A stretch of 64,000 bases of DNA from Rhizophagus irregularis (lineage: Eukaryota): the NCBI RefSeq assembly GCF_026210795.1, contig NC_089431.1, positions 248,001-312,000 on the forward strand. Reading direction: 5' to 3'. Under the pieces are notes generated by a model. The model was given only the letters and a program-made list of their open reading frames with translations. It did no database searches and had not been told where the DNA came from. Shown here piece by piece: positions 37,744 to 52,152 of this stretch; within the stretch, counting starts at the first letter, position 1; the number at the start of each line of letters is the position of its first letter. Both the position numbers and the translations under genes were made by a program.

Positions 37744-39342
37744 ATGTATCTACATTCATCTTCGATTCATATCATTATTTTTATCTCATCATTTCTTTTT
37801 TTTATGATACCTTTAAATAATGCTCAGGAGCATTCATCCTATGGTTATGGTGCTGAAACCGATTTTTACATTATTGTTACTATTCCATTATTAGTTAATA
37901 TCTTTAGTTTTTTAGGAAGTTTATATATTTTTTATCGTAAGTAATTTGATTTATTTGAAATTAATTTTCGAATGAAATCAATTAATATTTTTTGATTTTT
38001 AGGAACATTTGTACGATGGAAAAATGATCGTAGAAATATTTCTTTATCATTTAGATTTCCATTTTATATATCAATCACAGGTAAATATAATTTCAATTGT
38101 TTTGTATAAATTTATAATAAAAATTTTAAATAATTTTTTTTCTTTTTTTTTAGATTTTGTATATTCTTCATGCATCTTAATGGAGTTTGTAAGTAATTAA
38201 TAAAAAATTTTTTAAAAAAATTATCACGTTAAATACATTTTAAAACTAATATCATCAATTTATATACAGACATATGTGACGTTTAGTAAATCAGAATTCG
38301 TAAATAATAAAGAGTCTGTCACATGGCCATATCTATTCTGTGAAATTATTGGATTAGGCTTTACGTTTATTGTTCTGTTAAATATTTTATTGGTAAATTT
38401 TCTTTAAATTTTGTATTATTTTTATATGTATTATTTTACTCTTGATGAACCAACCATGCATAAATTTTCGTTAATAGGTTGGAGCTATATCCATTGTAAC
38501 TTGGTTAAGAGTAGTTCGAGAACATTATTTAGATTTGGGAAGATATGATTACAAAGTTTGGCTTCCAATCCTTTTCGTATCATCAATTATCCCTCTTAGT
38601 ACAGTATACGCCCATGGTTCTCGGGGTTATTCGTACGTTACATTTAATATTACATCACAATCATTACGCTTCACAGTGAACGTAACTTGATATATTTATA
38701 TACACACTATTTGTTTTACTAGGTGCGGGACTAAAATTGGATATCAAATTGTTGGATTCATTGTTCTTGCTATAATACTCGTTACATTAACAACTATCAT
38801 AATTTGCTACGCATCTGTAATGAGAGCGATTCGTAAAATTAAAGAAGTTAATGAATCCATTACAAATTCGCATAATAATTTGATCCAAATTAACAGTGTT
38901 GAAAGAAAAACCTTTAAAAAAATTTTAACTTACATCTTAGTCTTCATTTTACAATACGTACCTATTATGATTTATAACGTTTGTGGATTTTTAAAGGTAA
39001 AAAGATAAATGGATATTTGAAATAATTATGATGTTATATTCAATAGTTATATTTAATACAATGATTTGATTTTTTATTTATAGGTTCGCCACGTTATACT
39101 TGACGCTCTTATCCCAGCAGGTACAGTAATTTGAATTTATTAATATATAATTATATTAAAAAGTATCCCATTCTAAAATTATTTATTTTTTTATTTTTTT
39201 AGTTATAAGTTTAGGAGGAATAGGAAATATAATCCAATTTTTATATAATGAAGGATTATCAGCTAATAAATATACTTCAAATTATAAACTTGAATCGAAT
39301 GAGCAATCACAGAAATCAAATAATACAATGAGCGAACTTTAA
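37744..39342 (+). CDS. 7TM GPCR-like receptor (Git3/cAMP-receptor-like), ~344 aa, with N-terminal signal-peptide-like segment (paralog 1)
   Basis: Exons 37744-37936, 38003-38080, 38154-38188, 38270-38392, 38478-38632, 38723-38996, 39084-39120 and 39203-39342 are all GT-AG and in frame. Motifs: FRFPFYISITD, WPYLFC (TM3 Cys), GRYDYKVW, YSCG (ECL2 Cys), KKILTYILVFILQYVP, GGIGNIIQFLYNEG. Confidence 0.85.
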
Positions 39343-39651
39343 TTTTAAAAGAATTAATTTAATTTAATTTAAATAATTATTTTTTTTTTATTATACGAGT
39401 TTGATTTTTTTTTTAAGATTTAATATTTACTTAACACTAGTATGATTAAGAATGTTGAATACAAATATATGTATAATTTGTATATATTGGTTTGTTAATT
39501 AATAATAAATTTATGAATACAAATATATGTATAATTTGACATAATTTACTTGCAATATGACGAATTTGACGACATTAACTCAGAATAAGTCATCAACAAC
39601 TATCATAAAATCTCGCCCACTTCCCGCTACCATTCAAAATCCTGACAATCA

Positions 39652-40024
39652 GACAAATCATAATCTCGAAAATTCTAATCCAGACACTCATTATTCCGAC
39701 ACTTATCATCTTTATTTTTTTAATTTTACATTAATAATTTTTTTTTTAGACATAATAATTTTGTAATACTTTGTAATAATTAATATTTTTATTGATATGT
39801 AATGATATTAGAATGTTTCGCAAGAATAAATTTTAATTTGTTATTTAATTAATTAGAAAAATACTAATAAAATTTCTTAAAATATTGATTAAAATTTTAT
39901 AATAAATAAATTTTAAAAATTTTGAATTCATAAGAATATTAATATCAGGATAATGATTGTCGGGATTTTGGGATGTCGGGATAATGATTGTCGGGATTTT
40001 TGATTTTCGGGATTATGATTTGTC
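39652..40024. mobile_element. Foldback MULE-like MITE
   Basis: Long imperfect inverted arms GACAAATCATAATCTCGAAAAT / ATTTTCGGGATTATGATTTGTC with ATCC(C/A)GACA subrepeats. Confidence 0.65.
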
Positions 40025-41339
40025 AGTGTGATCGTCTGGTTTTTATTATAAATCTTCTGTATTTCAATAATAAGTTCTCGCTTATTACCTTTGGAATGTT
40101 TTCTGATAAATTTTTAAAAGACTAATATAATTTGTAAAATTATTATAGAACATACTGTTTTATTCTTTAAGGTTTTGGTTTGTTACCTAAACTAAGTCCA
40201 ATAAATAAATGATCATCCTGACTATTTGCGCATTAAATATGCATCTATGCAGTTGTTTGTTTTTTATATTAAAAAAACAAATTATAATAAAGGAGAAATA
40301 TTACACAAATATAATAAATCCCCTGTAAATAAATATGTACCAAATTATTAATTTTTTTCTAGAAATTTTGAAAATAGTAACCCCACTTAAAAAAGGGGAA
40401 TAAATGTTCTCGCGATTTTTTATTATTTATTATTTATTATTATTAGTATTATTAAAAATATTAAAAAAGAAAATAAATAAATAAATAAATAAAAAATAAA
40501 ATTAACTTTTATTAGACGGAACTTATCTAACCTTACTATTGTAATATATATGATATACGGAAGTAAAAAAAATAAAATAAAATGGTTTAATTTCTATCCG
40601 TAAATAAACTTAGTAAGCAGGAAGAACAATATAAAGGATTAAATAAGAAGATATTTTCCTAAATTATCGGAATTATTCGGGGGTAGGGATACAAAAGCTA
40701 AATTAGCAGATATTTTTTTTTAAAATTGTCGGGATTATTCGGGGGTAGGGATGCAATGGTGATATTATGGAATTAATCTAATTTATTTAATAATTATCTT
40801 CGTGTTTGAAATGACATTTTATGGTAAATTTAAATAAGAAAAAATATGCCAAGACGATTACTAGACTAATTTGGAATTCATTAAAAATTAGATAGAAAAA
40901 GATAATGGTTGTTTTCTTTTTTTATTTATTTTGTGTTAATAGATAAATGTTACATAATGCAAAGTTAAGTTTCAAGATAAGTTCATTATAATTCAAAAAA
41001 AAAAACACATAAAAATCTAAAAATAGTTAATAAAAATAATTGTACAAATTATTTAGATTTTTTCTTCAGGTTATTTGTATCGATTGATTATGCACATTCT
41101 CAAAAAGAGTAGGAAGAGAAGGGAGATGTTTGAAAAAAAGTGTGGTAATTATAAATTTCAATGAAATAAAAATTAAAACAATTATGTAATTGAGGATATT
41201 GGTATATAAGAAGAATGACAAAAAGAATGTAAAAGAATGAGTTCTTAAAATCTCTCATCCGCTTACTCAAAATTCGTCACGAGCACGTGTTGCGAAACTA
41301 ACATGTTTATAATAATGAACTCTAATCTCATTAAAATTC

Positions 41340-41482
41340 GGTATCGGGTCATTCGCCGAAAGCCATTTCGCCGAAAGGACGTTTCGCCGAAAAATAGGAC
41401 CAACATTATGCAGAATTATAAATAACTCAGGCCAAAGATTATTTTTCGGCGAAACGTCCTTTCGGCGAAATGACCCGATACC
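41340..41482. mobile_element. MITE with TTCGCCGAA subrepeats
   Basis: Inverted arms GGTATCGGGTCATTCGCCGAAAG ... CTTTCGGCGAAATGACCCGATACC. No clear TSD. Confidence 0.75.
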
Positions 41483-42645
41483 TGCTCGAATACCACTTTC
41501 ATCAATAAACAATAATTAAAATTTACTAATCTTAAAAATCTTTTAATACCTCACCAAGTTAGATTCCGCATTGAAAAAAAATAATTTGTTTCGTTTTCTA
41601 GCAATCCATTATAATCGTAAATTATTTTTAAATGCATTTCACATTAAGATCATTGCGTATGGAATATTTTTCTGTATCTTTATTATAATTGGATAAATTT
41701 TGAAAAAAGTATATAGCACAAAGATAGGCAGTTCTGTAGATATACTATATGGTCCGTGCCTATGAAAAGTTACTGCTGTACCACAAACTTTAAATTTTAT
41801 AATTTCGTTTTTATCAGCTGTAAAGATATGATTATAACAGATAACGTACCAGAATTAATAATCAGATTATTTAAATTTTCGTCCCCGTAATTTCCAGTAT
41901 TCTGCATCTTTATAAATTATCGCCTTCGTCATCATCAATTGACCATCACTTTGAAATTCAATATTGCCAAATAGCATTTATTTTTTCCTAGTCTACGAAA
42001 AAACTTTTCCGAAAAACCATGTACTTAATGATCAAATTTTCTATTTAATTCTTGACCGAAATTACCGAAATTTAACTTATCATTCATTAACTCTGACCAA
42101 ACTGATTTTCTTATATCTTTTTTTTAAATAAATTATATAAGATATTACATAATAATATAATTAAAGATTATCGTCATAAAATTTTGCAATTTAACTATCA
42201 TAAATTGGTTAACTTAAATCATTTTCATTCAAGCATTTCATATTCTTTTTAATACATTCCAATTTTTTATTTTGATATATGTATGTATATTTATATAAAA
42301 TTATAAAAATTTTCAAGATAGTCTCATTTTGAATAAGAGATCATCAAATTACTACAATATTATTACATGTAATAACAATCTAGATTTTTATAATTTTTTA
42401 CTTTGTATAATATTGTAAAATTTTAAATGTTTAAATATTGTTTCAATTATGCATTTATCGAAAATCAACCAAGTATGGTTACAAGGATGATCTAAATTAT
42501 AACACCAATTTTTTTTGTTTCATTAAATATTAAATCTTAAAATTATTAATATATTAATTAAATAATAATACTTGAATAATAAAGTTGTGACACATAACTC
42601 CGGTTCGGATCCTTATAATTCCGGGTCAGCATACATACCAACTTT

Positions 42646-42781
42646 CCGGGTTGTCGGGTTATTGGCAAGCATGTGACAATCATGACATTTAGTCAATCAA
42701 TTTTACATCCTTTAACTGAATATTTTTGATTGTAACAAAAAGTTGGGTTTTTTTCTATTTACCGATAACCCAACAATCCGG
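42646..42781. repeat. Degenerate inverted repeat (old MITE)
   Basis: CCGGGTTGTCGGGTTATTGG versus CCGATAACCCAACAATCCGG. Confidence 0.45.
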
Positions 42782-45584
42782 CAAGTTTGTCGACTACAAA
42801 TATCCAGTATATTATGGATTATCAGGCCCGGTCGGATTTAAATATGTCCAAATGTAGAAAGAGTATATCCGGGTCAAGATAATGAATACTATTAAAGGAG
42901 TATAACTCGAAATATATAAGTCAATCAATATTCACCTCCTTTCCAAAAAAATGTTCATAATGTTAATACACTTTCCTATTTCATATGAAAAAAAAACAAA
43001 ATAGTACTTTAAATTACTATAATAGAAGTAAAAAAAAAAAAAAAAGAGTTCACCAATTATTATTCGATAATCAAAATGGGATGCAAGCGGTCGAACTTCT
43101 CGAACGTATCACATTTGCACAATTTTGATTTGCCGTAATACGATTAATAACGATTGGTTCATATAATTTTACGAAATCATGTGACTATCTAGGCGGATTA
43201 GCCGGTAAATCCTTTGTTATTAAAGACATTTATTTGTGTTACGTATCGGACATATAGTTTATTTGATCAGCATGAAACGTTGAAACGAAAAGTTATAAAA
43301 CAATAGAATAAATTAATTAATAGATTCTTTTCTAAGTTAATAAAACTCGAAATTTTTCGGAAGGATGGTAATGCAAAAAGCCATATTAAGTAAGATTACT
43401 AAAATGTTTCAAGACCAATTATAATAATTATAATAATAGAAAAAAAAATCTCATGATTTTAATTTCCAATAAATTTAATCTTCTAATATTCTTTTCCTTA
43501 TTATGTTATACAAATCAAAAAATAAAAAGGGAAAGAAAAGAAAATAAACGAGAATGAAAAGAAAACATATTATTTAATTCGTCAAAGTTAATTTTTAGAT
43601 TATATTAATATGTAAACAAACAGTCTTATTATGTAAAAGAAAGAATAAATAATTACAAATTTTATTAATTATTTGTTGTATTAGATTTTATTTCACCTTT
43701 ATTCGATTTTTCGATTTATTAAAGTTTAGATAAATTTGCGTGAGGTGATGGATAGCGCGCGTCGCGTGACAGATGTCAATTTCGAATAATTTCTAAGAAA
43801 ACTATTTTATTTATACTCTAATTTTATAAGGAAACTTTGCGCTATACTGTAACTATTTGTATGTATTTTATTATTAATTCTAAGTCATATGCTCACTAGA
43901 AATATTTGTACGTATCCCCAAATAAATATTATTAATTCCAAGTCAAAATATTGCAGGTATCATTATTTAAAATTTATAATTATAATTAAATATTAAATCT
44001 ATCAGTCTTAATGTACTTGCACCTTGTTAGCTAAATAATCAATACGGTCAGATTCATATTGTGAAAATTACTTTAAAATCTGACGCAAATCGGCATCTGA
44101 AAAACTTTCATCCGCTTACTTGTTTTAAGTTTTATAAGTTTAAATTTCATCGTCCGTGCCATATCACGTGAGATGAATAGTTTAATTTCTATTGTTTTAT
44201 TGTTTTTCTCATTCCAGTTTTTTTTTAAAAAAAAATACTTGAATTTTATTAATATTCTCATAACAAACAGTAAAACAAGAAAATCTATTCTAAAATTAAA
44301 TATTAAAACTATTGGTGGATATATGATAGCTATTTATTGTATATCAATTAATTGTTATATTAAGACTTTATGCGTTGTGTATATCAAGTCGCCTTAAAAT
44401 TTGTGATGCATGAATTTTTGATCCATAATTTATTTAATAATTAGAAATTGGATCTAGAATCTGGGGATGAGATTTTTTAATGGATTTAATGGATTTAATG
44501 AAGTTTTAATAAATAAACTTTATAATTCTTTAGTATAACTTCAAGTATTTGAATTTTTAATCTTCTTGAAATTCGTTCACTTTGACAAATTTTTTTTTTA
44601 TAATAATTATTATTCTTACTTTCTTTTTTTTTTAATATGACGTGAGAATTAATAACTAATATGAAATAAACTTTTACTATAGTTCATTGTAATTTTACTT
44701 AATAATCTGAAACGTTGTGCAACATAATTATGTAATGCAAATATTTGTGTACATAATACATAATGTTACGTTACATTTTTACTTTTTATAACGAATACAA
44801 CGAGCGACGCCGAATTGACTAATTTAATTTTGTAAAGTTTCAGTAATATTTTTCTTCCTAAATGCAAGATTAATAATGCATCAATGATTTAAGGTCCAAT
44901 CAGATCCAATGAAATTTTTTTTCTTTTTTTTTGTTTCTTCCCCTTTGTGATCTACCAGTAATAAATGAAATTCAATAATTTAATATCCTTGATTTTCAAC
45001 AAAATAAACAAATATACCATACCTAAAAATTCGTATATTGTCGTCATGTTTACAATTTTCAAGCTTTGATTAGTTTTTTACAATTAATAGGATGAATCCA
45101 CCTATTATTTTATTGCTCCATACACCCTGCGTTCATCATAGTTGTACAAAATTAAAAACCGATACCGATCTATTAAAAAACGGTGCATAAGGAAAAATGT
45201 AATAAATATTATCCGTTATATAATTTCCGAAATTGTTTATATTAAAAGTTTGTGATAGTAGTTTACAATAAAAAAAGTTGTATTACAAACTTTAAAATTC
45301 GTTATTCCGTTTAACCGAACCACATTAACTAGGTTTTGATTATCTCATTGTTATGTTAGAAAACGTAATCATAGATCGTTCCTTTTTCGTAAATATTATA
45401 AGATATATTTATGTATAATAATTATTAAACTGAACGCACGGATCAAAATAAATAAATGTCACACAACAGAATGTCGGACTTTTTTTTTTTTTGGTATATA
45501 AAAGACGTTCGCCCATCTTATTTATAAATATCATTAATAAGAATTTCAAAATTTCACATTCCTTTAAATTTTTAAAACAAAAAA

Positions 45585-47198
45585 ATGAATTCATTCTCAT
45601 TTTCGATTAAAAAAATCGTATTTATTTCGACATTTCTTTTTTCCATTATACCAATAAATAAAGCACAAAAAGTTGATCCAGATTATGGATATGGCGTTGA
45701 AACCGATTTTTATCTTGTGACTACTATCCCATTAATCTTCTCTGTCATTAGTTTTTTAGGAACTTTATATATCTTTTTTCGTAAGTAATAAGTAATTTTT
45801 TAATGATCTTTTAATCTATGATCAATTTTTAAAATTTAAATATATTTGATTTTTATTAAGGAATGTTCTTACGATGGAAACGTAGTAAGAGAAGTATTCC
45901 TTTGTCATTTAAATTCCCATTTTATATAGCGATTACAGGTAATTTTTTAAAATTGTTTTTTTTTTAATAACGATAATTTTTAGTATAATAATTATATGTA
46001 ATTCTTTTATATTTAAGATTTTCTATATTCTTCAGCCATCTTAATTGAGTTTGTAAGTAAATTATTAATAAATTTTTTTCTTATTTAGAAAAAAAAATGG
46101 TCAAATTAACCATGATTTTAATAACTAATTATTGTCGTAAATTTATTATATAAAGGCATATACAGCTTCAAATAAAACAGATTTCGTAAAAAATAATGAA
46201 ACTAACACATGGCCATATCTATTCTGTGAAATCCTTGGATTTTTAATAGTTTTTTTCGTTTTACTAAATATAATATTGGTAAGTTTTAATAATAAAGAAT
46301 TTAGTTTTTAAAATAAAAATTTGATTTTTAATAAAAACATAAACTATTTTTAATAATAGGTAGGAGCTATATCTATTGTAACTTGGTTACGAGTAGTACG
46401 AGAATATTACTTCGAATTTGGAAAATATGATTATAAAATTTGGCTTCCAATTATTTTCATATCATTAATCATCCCTCTAAGTACATTAAATGCCTACGGT
46501 TCTCGAGGATATTCGTATGTCACGTGCTATTTTTTTTTGTCATATTAATTATCACGCGATCAGCATTCATTTTTATTCTGTTTTTAATTAGATGTGGAAC
46601 TAAAATTGGATCCGATCTTGTAGGAATAGTGGTTTTTGTTCTAATAGTAGTTACATTGTTAACTATCATTTTTTGTTACGTACATGTATTAAAAACGATT
46701 CGCGATATTCAAGGACATATCCCAAATTCAAGTATTGAAGCAGTACGAAATTCTAATGTTGAAAGGAGAACTTTTAAAAAAGTTTTAACTTATATTTTAG
46801 TTTTTATTTTACAATACATTCCCATTTTGATTTATAACATTTCTATGATATTAAGGGTAAAAAAAAAAAAATTTTTTTATTTTTCAAGTAATTGTAATTA
46901 TATTACTATATTAATACAATGTTTTTGATTTATAGGCTCGACATATTATATTAGATGCTCTCAGTCCAGCAGGTAATTTATTTAAAAGATAGTATAAAAT
47001 ATGTAAATATTTCAAATTATTTATTAATATATATATATATATATATTCTTTTTAGTTATATGTATTGGCGGAATAGCGAACGTATTTCAATATTTACGTA
47101 ATGAAGGATTAAAATTTTCACATACTAGTAGTAATAATTCTTCAAGTTATAAACTTGAAGTGGAAGAAAGATCAGATGATACTACACAAGACGCTTAA
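45585..47198 (+). CDS. 7TM GPCR-like receptor (paralog 2)
   Basis: Exons 45585-45780, 45861-45938, 46018-46052, 46156-46278, 46360-46514, 46592-46856, 46936-46972 and 47056-47198. Intron phases and motifs match paralog 1. Confidence 0.85.
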
Positions 47199-47437
47199 TT
47201 GATAGGATTTTTTTTTTTAAAAAAATAATAATATTTTTTAAGTATAATTTATTAAGATTATTTTAAGATTATTTTTAAGATTTTAAAATTTTGTACTATA
47301 TTTTTTAATCGTTAAGTTAAATATATTACTAGTTAATATTAATTGATTTAATAATATTTAGTGATAAAATATATTGTCATACGAAATACGAATCATCATT
47401 ATATTATTATTAAAAAGTTTTTAGGGTCGGAACTCGT

Positions 47438-47534
47438 GTTATTTCACGGGGATACTATGGATATCATCAATTGATTTCTCTCACGGAGCAGCCGTGAAAA
47501 ATCCTGATATTCCATAGTAACTCCGTGAAATAAC
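47438..47534. repeat. ~97-bp hairpin / mini-MITE downstream of GPCR paralog 2
   Basis: GTTATTTCACGGGGATACTATGGATATCA versus TGATATTCCATAGTAACTCCGTGAAATAAC. Confidence 0.65.
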
Positions 47535-49659
47535 TATTATTTAGATTACATTAGTATTGTATTATGGTCATTATATCATATTTTATTTTTTTCTATTCCT
47601 CTCCCGGATACTTAATGATCAGCGTAAATTCCCAAACGTATACAAAAATGAAATACAGGGGTACGATGTACGCAAATTTAGGGGTATTTCCCGGTATCGC
47701 CGATCATAACTAGAATAGTTAACTGGACCTTATTTTTAATTCCTTAATTTTAATTTTATTAATTTGATAATTTGAGCACCACCAATTGTATAATATTTAC
47801 ATCATACTAAATATAGATAACATTTTTTTCGGGTTCTGCCGAATAATAAATTTTTTTTTCAACCGAACCGAAAAAATTGATACAAATGATATGGTTGGAT
47901 ATAAATAACTATTTTTCTGCATAAATTTGTTTTTCTTATTTAAATGGAAATTTCTCTTGTTATATAAATATATTAGTAATGTTGTTTCAGTTTAAATATT
48001 TGTGTGAATTTTTCATCCAGGTAATGACATGGAATTGGACTTGTATATGCAATGAATAAGCCCTGTTGTTTTGTAACCGTGCGTGAACAATTAATTATCT
48101 TAAAAATATCAGAAGGGGTTAATTAATTATATTTATTATAATTAAAATAATTTAGCAAAGTTACATAAAAAAGTTTGTTCAATTTTTAATTTTAATAAAT
48201 TAGGAATTTAAACTCCATATTTGTTTAAATGATTTGACCGATATATTTTTTTTTATTATTTTGAAACATTATTATGTAAAGTTATTAGATAAATTTCTCG
48301 CGAATTTTCTTGGCAATCAAAAAATATAAAAAGTAATATTTCAATCATTTCAAAAAATAAACAAAAAAAAGAAATGTAACACACGAAGTCCAATTTTTGG
48401 GTTCGCGATCGAATTACGTCCAATCGTCAGATGATAATTGAACTCACATCACATGAATATTACCTGAATCGCCTAAATCGTATAATATAATCATAATTTG
48501 ACCCCAATAATAATTTATAATTTTTAGGTAATATCAAATATCGATATATAAAGTAAATAGGCGTTTAAAAATTGAACTCAGTATCCCAAGTATGACGAAC
48601 TTTAATTTTGAGAATACAATGATTACAATGATTGTAAATTTATTTATAAATTTATGTATAATTTATGTATAAACATTATTGTGTTTAATTGATAAAATGT
48701 GGAATTTTTACCAAAGTTATATAATTTATTCTATATTTTTTTTTTATTTATTATAAGAAATAATTTGAGTGGTTGTTAAAATATTTTTTTTAAAAAAAAA
48801 TTTTTTTTAACAGGTTAATTCATATTATAAAAAAAAAAGAATAAAAGCGTAAGCGTATGTGTAACAACATTATGTCATGTAAATATTTTGTGTATGTAAT
48901 AATATATATAATCATTTAATGGTAATCCTGTGGTCCGTTACGTTATTTTTTTTTTTAGTACAGCATTTACTAATTTGTAAATTTCTGATAATCATCTACA
49001 AGCAATTCATATTTTTTTTAAACAAATACAATACGTCAATTTAAACAAGTTAATTTTATTACTTCATTTCCTTCTTCCTCATTTGTAATATCGTATATAA
49101 ACAAACTGAATTTTTTTAATTGGTTAACGATTACAATTAGGATCGTCGCAGATGGATCCACATGATTTACGAAAACATTTATCTGCTATCTGCTAACTGT
49201 TATTATTTATCTGCTATCTGTTATATGATCTCCAGAGAAATTGTATCACAAACTTTAATTCCCGAAATAACTATCATTATATCATTGTTAAAATGTTAGA
49301 AAACAAACATCACATAGTGAATAAAATAACAGTTTAATCACTTTCTTACGACACATACATGTATATGATTCATTATTATTTATTTTCCGTTTTATATAAC
49401 AATTACAGGTTAAAATATGACAATTGTTTGGAGCGAAGCGACAAATTTGCGTTAATCCATACATTTTCCATTGACAGTATCTACCTAAATAATTTCGATT
49501 TTCTAAAATTTATCTGTTATGAAGTGCGATGAACTTTTAAAGATTCTTTTTCTTGTAAATACAATAACTAATAAACAATTGATATTAAGATTCCGTAAAT
49601 AATATCTATTCTTAAATTCTTGAAATTCTTTAATTTAATTTTCGATGATGCGTAAATAA

Positions 49660-50130
49660 ACGTTACGAGAAGTTCAAGAACGCTATTTGACATTGTGAAA
49701 ATATACATAATTACAAAATTTAGCTTCCAATTATCATCAATTATTCAGTAAGCGTAAAAGTTGTTCGATCGTTACGCGTCACAATAAACATAACGTAATA
49801 TATTCATATACAGTACGTACTTTTATATGAGCCTAAAATTGATATAATACTGTCTAGTAATTATCACATTGTTAATTTAACGTGTTTTTTTATGTACATG
49901 TAATATTGGATACGATTTGTAATGTTAAAAAGAAAATTCATTCATTACAAACTCGCATAGTAATATTACACAACTTACCAATATTGAAAGAACTTTAAAA
50001 ACAGTTTCAAATCCTTTATTTTATAATAAATTATTATATGATTTATAACAACGTTCATGCATTTCTAAAATAAAAATCGTATTAGTATATTATACTTAAG
50101 TACTTAACGTTCTCATTCCGACGAGTAATT
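49660..50130 (+). pseudogene. Relic of a further GPCR paralog (exons 5-7)
   Basis: Nucleotide similarity to GPCR exon 5 (GTTACGAGAAGTTCAAGAACGCTATTT...TTACAAAATTTAGCTTCCAATTATCATCAATT) and exon 6 (ITNSHSNITQLTNIERT). It is preceded by a copy of the GPCR1 upstream region. Confidence 0.6.
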
Positions 50131-52152
50131 TGAATTTGTGAAAATTTACTTGCTATTACTAATGAAATTGTTTCGAATTGTATCTAGAATAATTTGATTA
50201 ATGCATTCAACATCATAAACATTTACAATTCTTGGAAAATTTTTTATCAAATATTTGCTTACCCTAAAATTTTATTATTATGAAATTAAATTACAAGATT
50301 ATGTAAATTCAATTTATCAGTATGAGATAATAAAATTATACTAATCGTAACAGGTAAAATATTCAAAAGTTTCGTAGTATATTAATGTATCATTACTAAA
50401 TCTGGTTGTTATGTTTTCATTAAATATTGTGTGTAATTTCTCACTTGATAACAAATAATTATTACATATTAAAAAATATTAATTATTTTATATTTACAAA
50501 TAATAATGCTATCTATTTTATTAGATTAAAAAGGGGAATTTATGCCCGAAATATTCGAATGGTAAGTTTTTTATAGTGATTTGCGGAATTCTGAAATACG
50601 TTTAAGGTTTATTATTTTGATTATTTTGATTATATTGGTCGGCTGAACTAAATAGGAAATCATCAAAAATAATCGCATTATTTTTATTATTTTTATTATA
50701 TGATTATTTTTATTGATTACAGAAAATTGCAATCCGCAATAAATAAAAAAAATTAATTGTACAGTAAATAGACGAGAATAAATGGTTACGTTTTTGCACG
50801 ATTTATTTTTCCCAAAGCTCTCAGAAATAAAAAAAAAATTATTTAAATTAATTATAATTTACGGCAATTATACGGAAATTACGTACGCTTATACTATTTA
50901 TGCCAAGAAAATGTACTAATTACTACCATTTAACTAAATGATTGAAATGTAACTCTTAACGAATCAAGTGAATAAGGAATTTGTAAATAACCTGAGACAA
51001 TAAATATTATAAATAATCTCGAAATTTACCGAAACCTTATTGCTGTGTACAATATAAATTAAAGTTATATCAATTATATCGCAAATATCGCAAATAAACC
51101 GTTTTAAATTCTTTTCCATAAATAAATTTATTAATAGAGCAAAAAAAAAAAATTCTGTAAAAATATGTGATATGCGACAAACTGTATATCATAGTTTAAA
51201 AAAACCAGTTTTTTATGTTTTATAAATTCACCATTATATGTAATCATTATTGGATGATCACAAAACAAAACCATTTATGCTTATTTGTTTATTTTGTGTC
51301 AATAAATAAAAGTAAAATAATCAGATTATTCAGATAAGTGATATAAATGAAAACGCCACACAAAAGTCTAGACCTTGTTTCGTAATAAGTACAAACTATT
51401 TAGAATATTCTTTTTTATTTTTTTCATCAATTTTATATGAAATTTCGCTTCGGCATATTTCATATATCACATACCTTGAATTTTAATTTCTGTATTTCAA
51501 TAAATATTATTATTTGTATCATTAATAATCTATATAATTAAAAAAAAAGTTTTATTTTTGCAAGATTTTCGAAATCTAATCTTTAATACAAGATTTTATC
51601 GGGGTTAATAAATTCCGTCAACGCAGGCACGTGAAGTAGAACTTACCAGAATAATTATACATATTAGTAAATGGAACATACCTTAATATCCCCCACCTAA
51701 CTATTTCATCACCTTTTTCTTTTTATTTATGCGTGATATTTGTTTTTAAATGTATTTTGTTTTGTTAGAACTCTCAATGATAAGATTAATACTCTAGATA
51801 TAATTGGATAAATTAAAATAAAAAAAATTCAATATTAGTACAAAAATAAACAAGACCCGTAGGGCCGTGCTTATGGAATGTTTGTATCAAAAAAATTGTA
51901 GCACAAATTTTATAAGTAATATGTTTGTTTTAATTATCTCATATAACATGTTATAATACATAATCAACCGTTTTATTTTCGCACAAATTATATAGTATTA
52001 TACAGCGTATATCATTTAATTTTTATTTTCAGTAGGAGTGCAAACTATATATAAAAGCTCCCAATCGTTTATCGTCATTATTACTTACACGTTATTAATT
52101 TTATAATCATATAATAATTTCAACATTCGCTTAATATTTTTATAGAAAAAAA

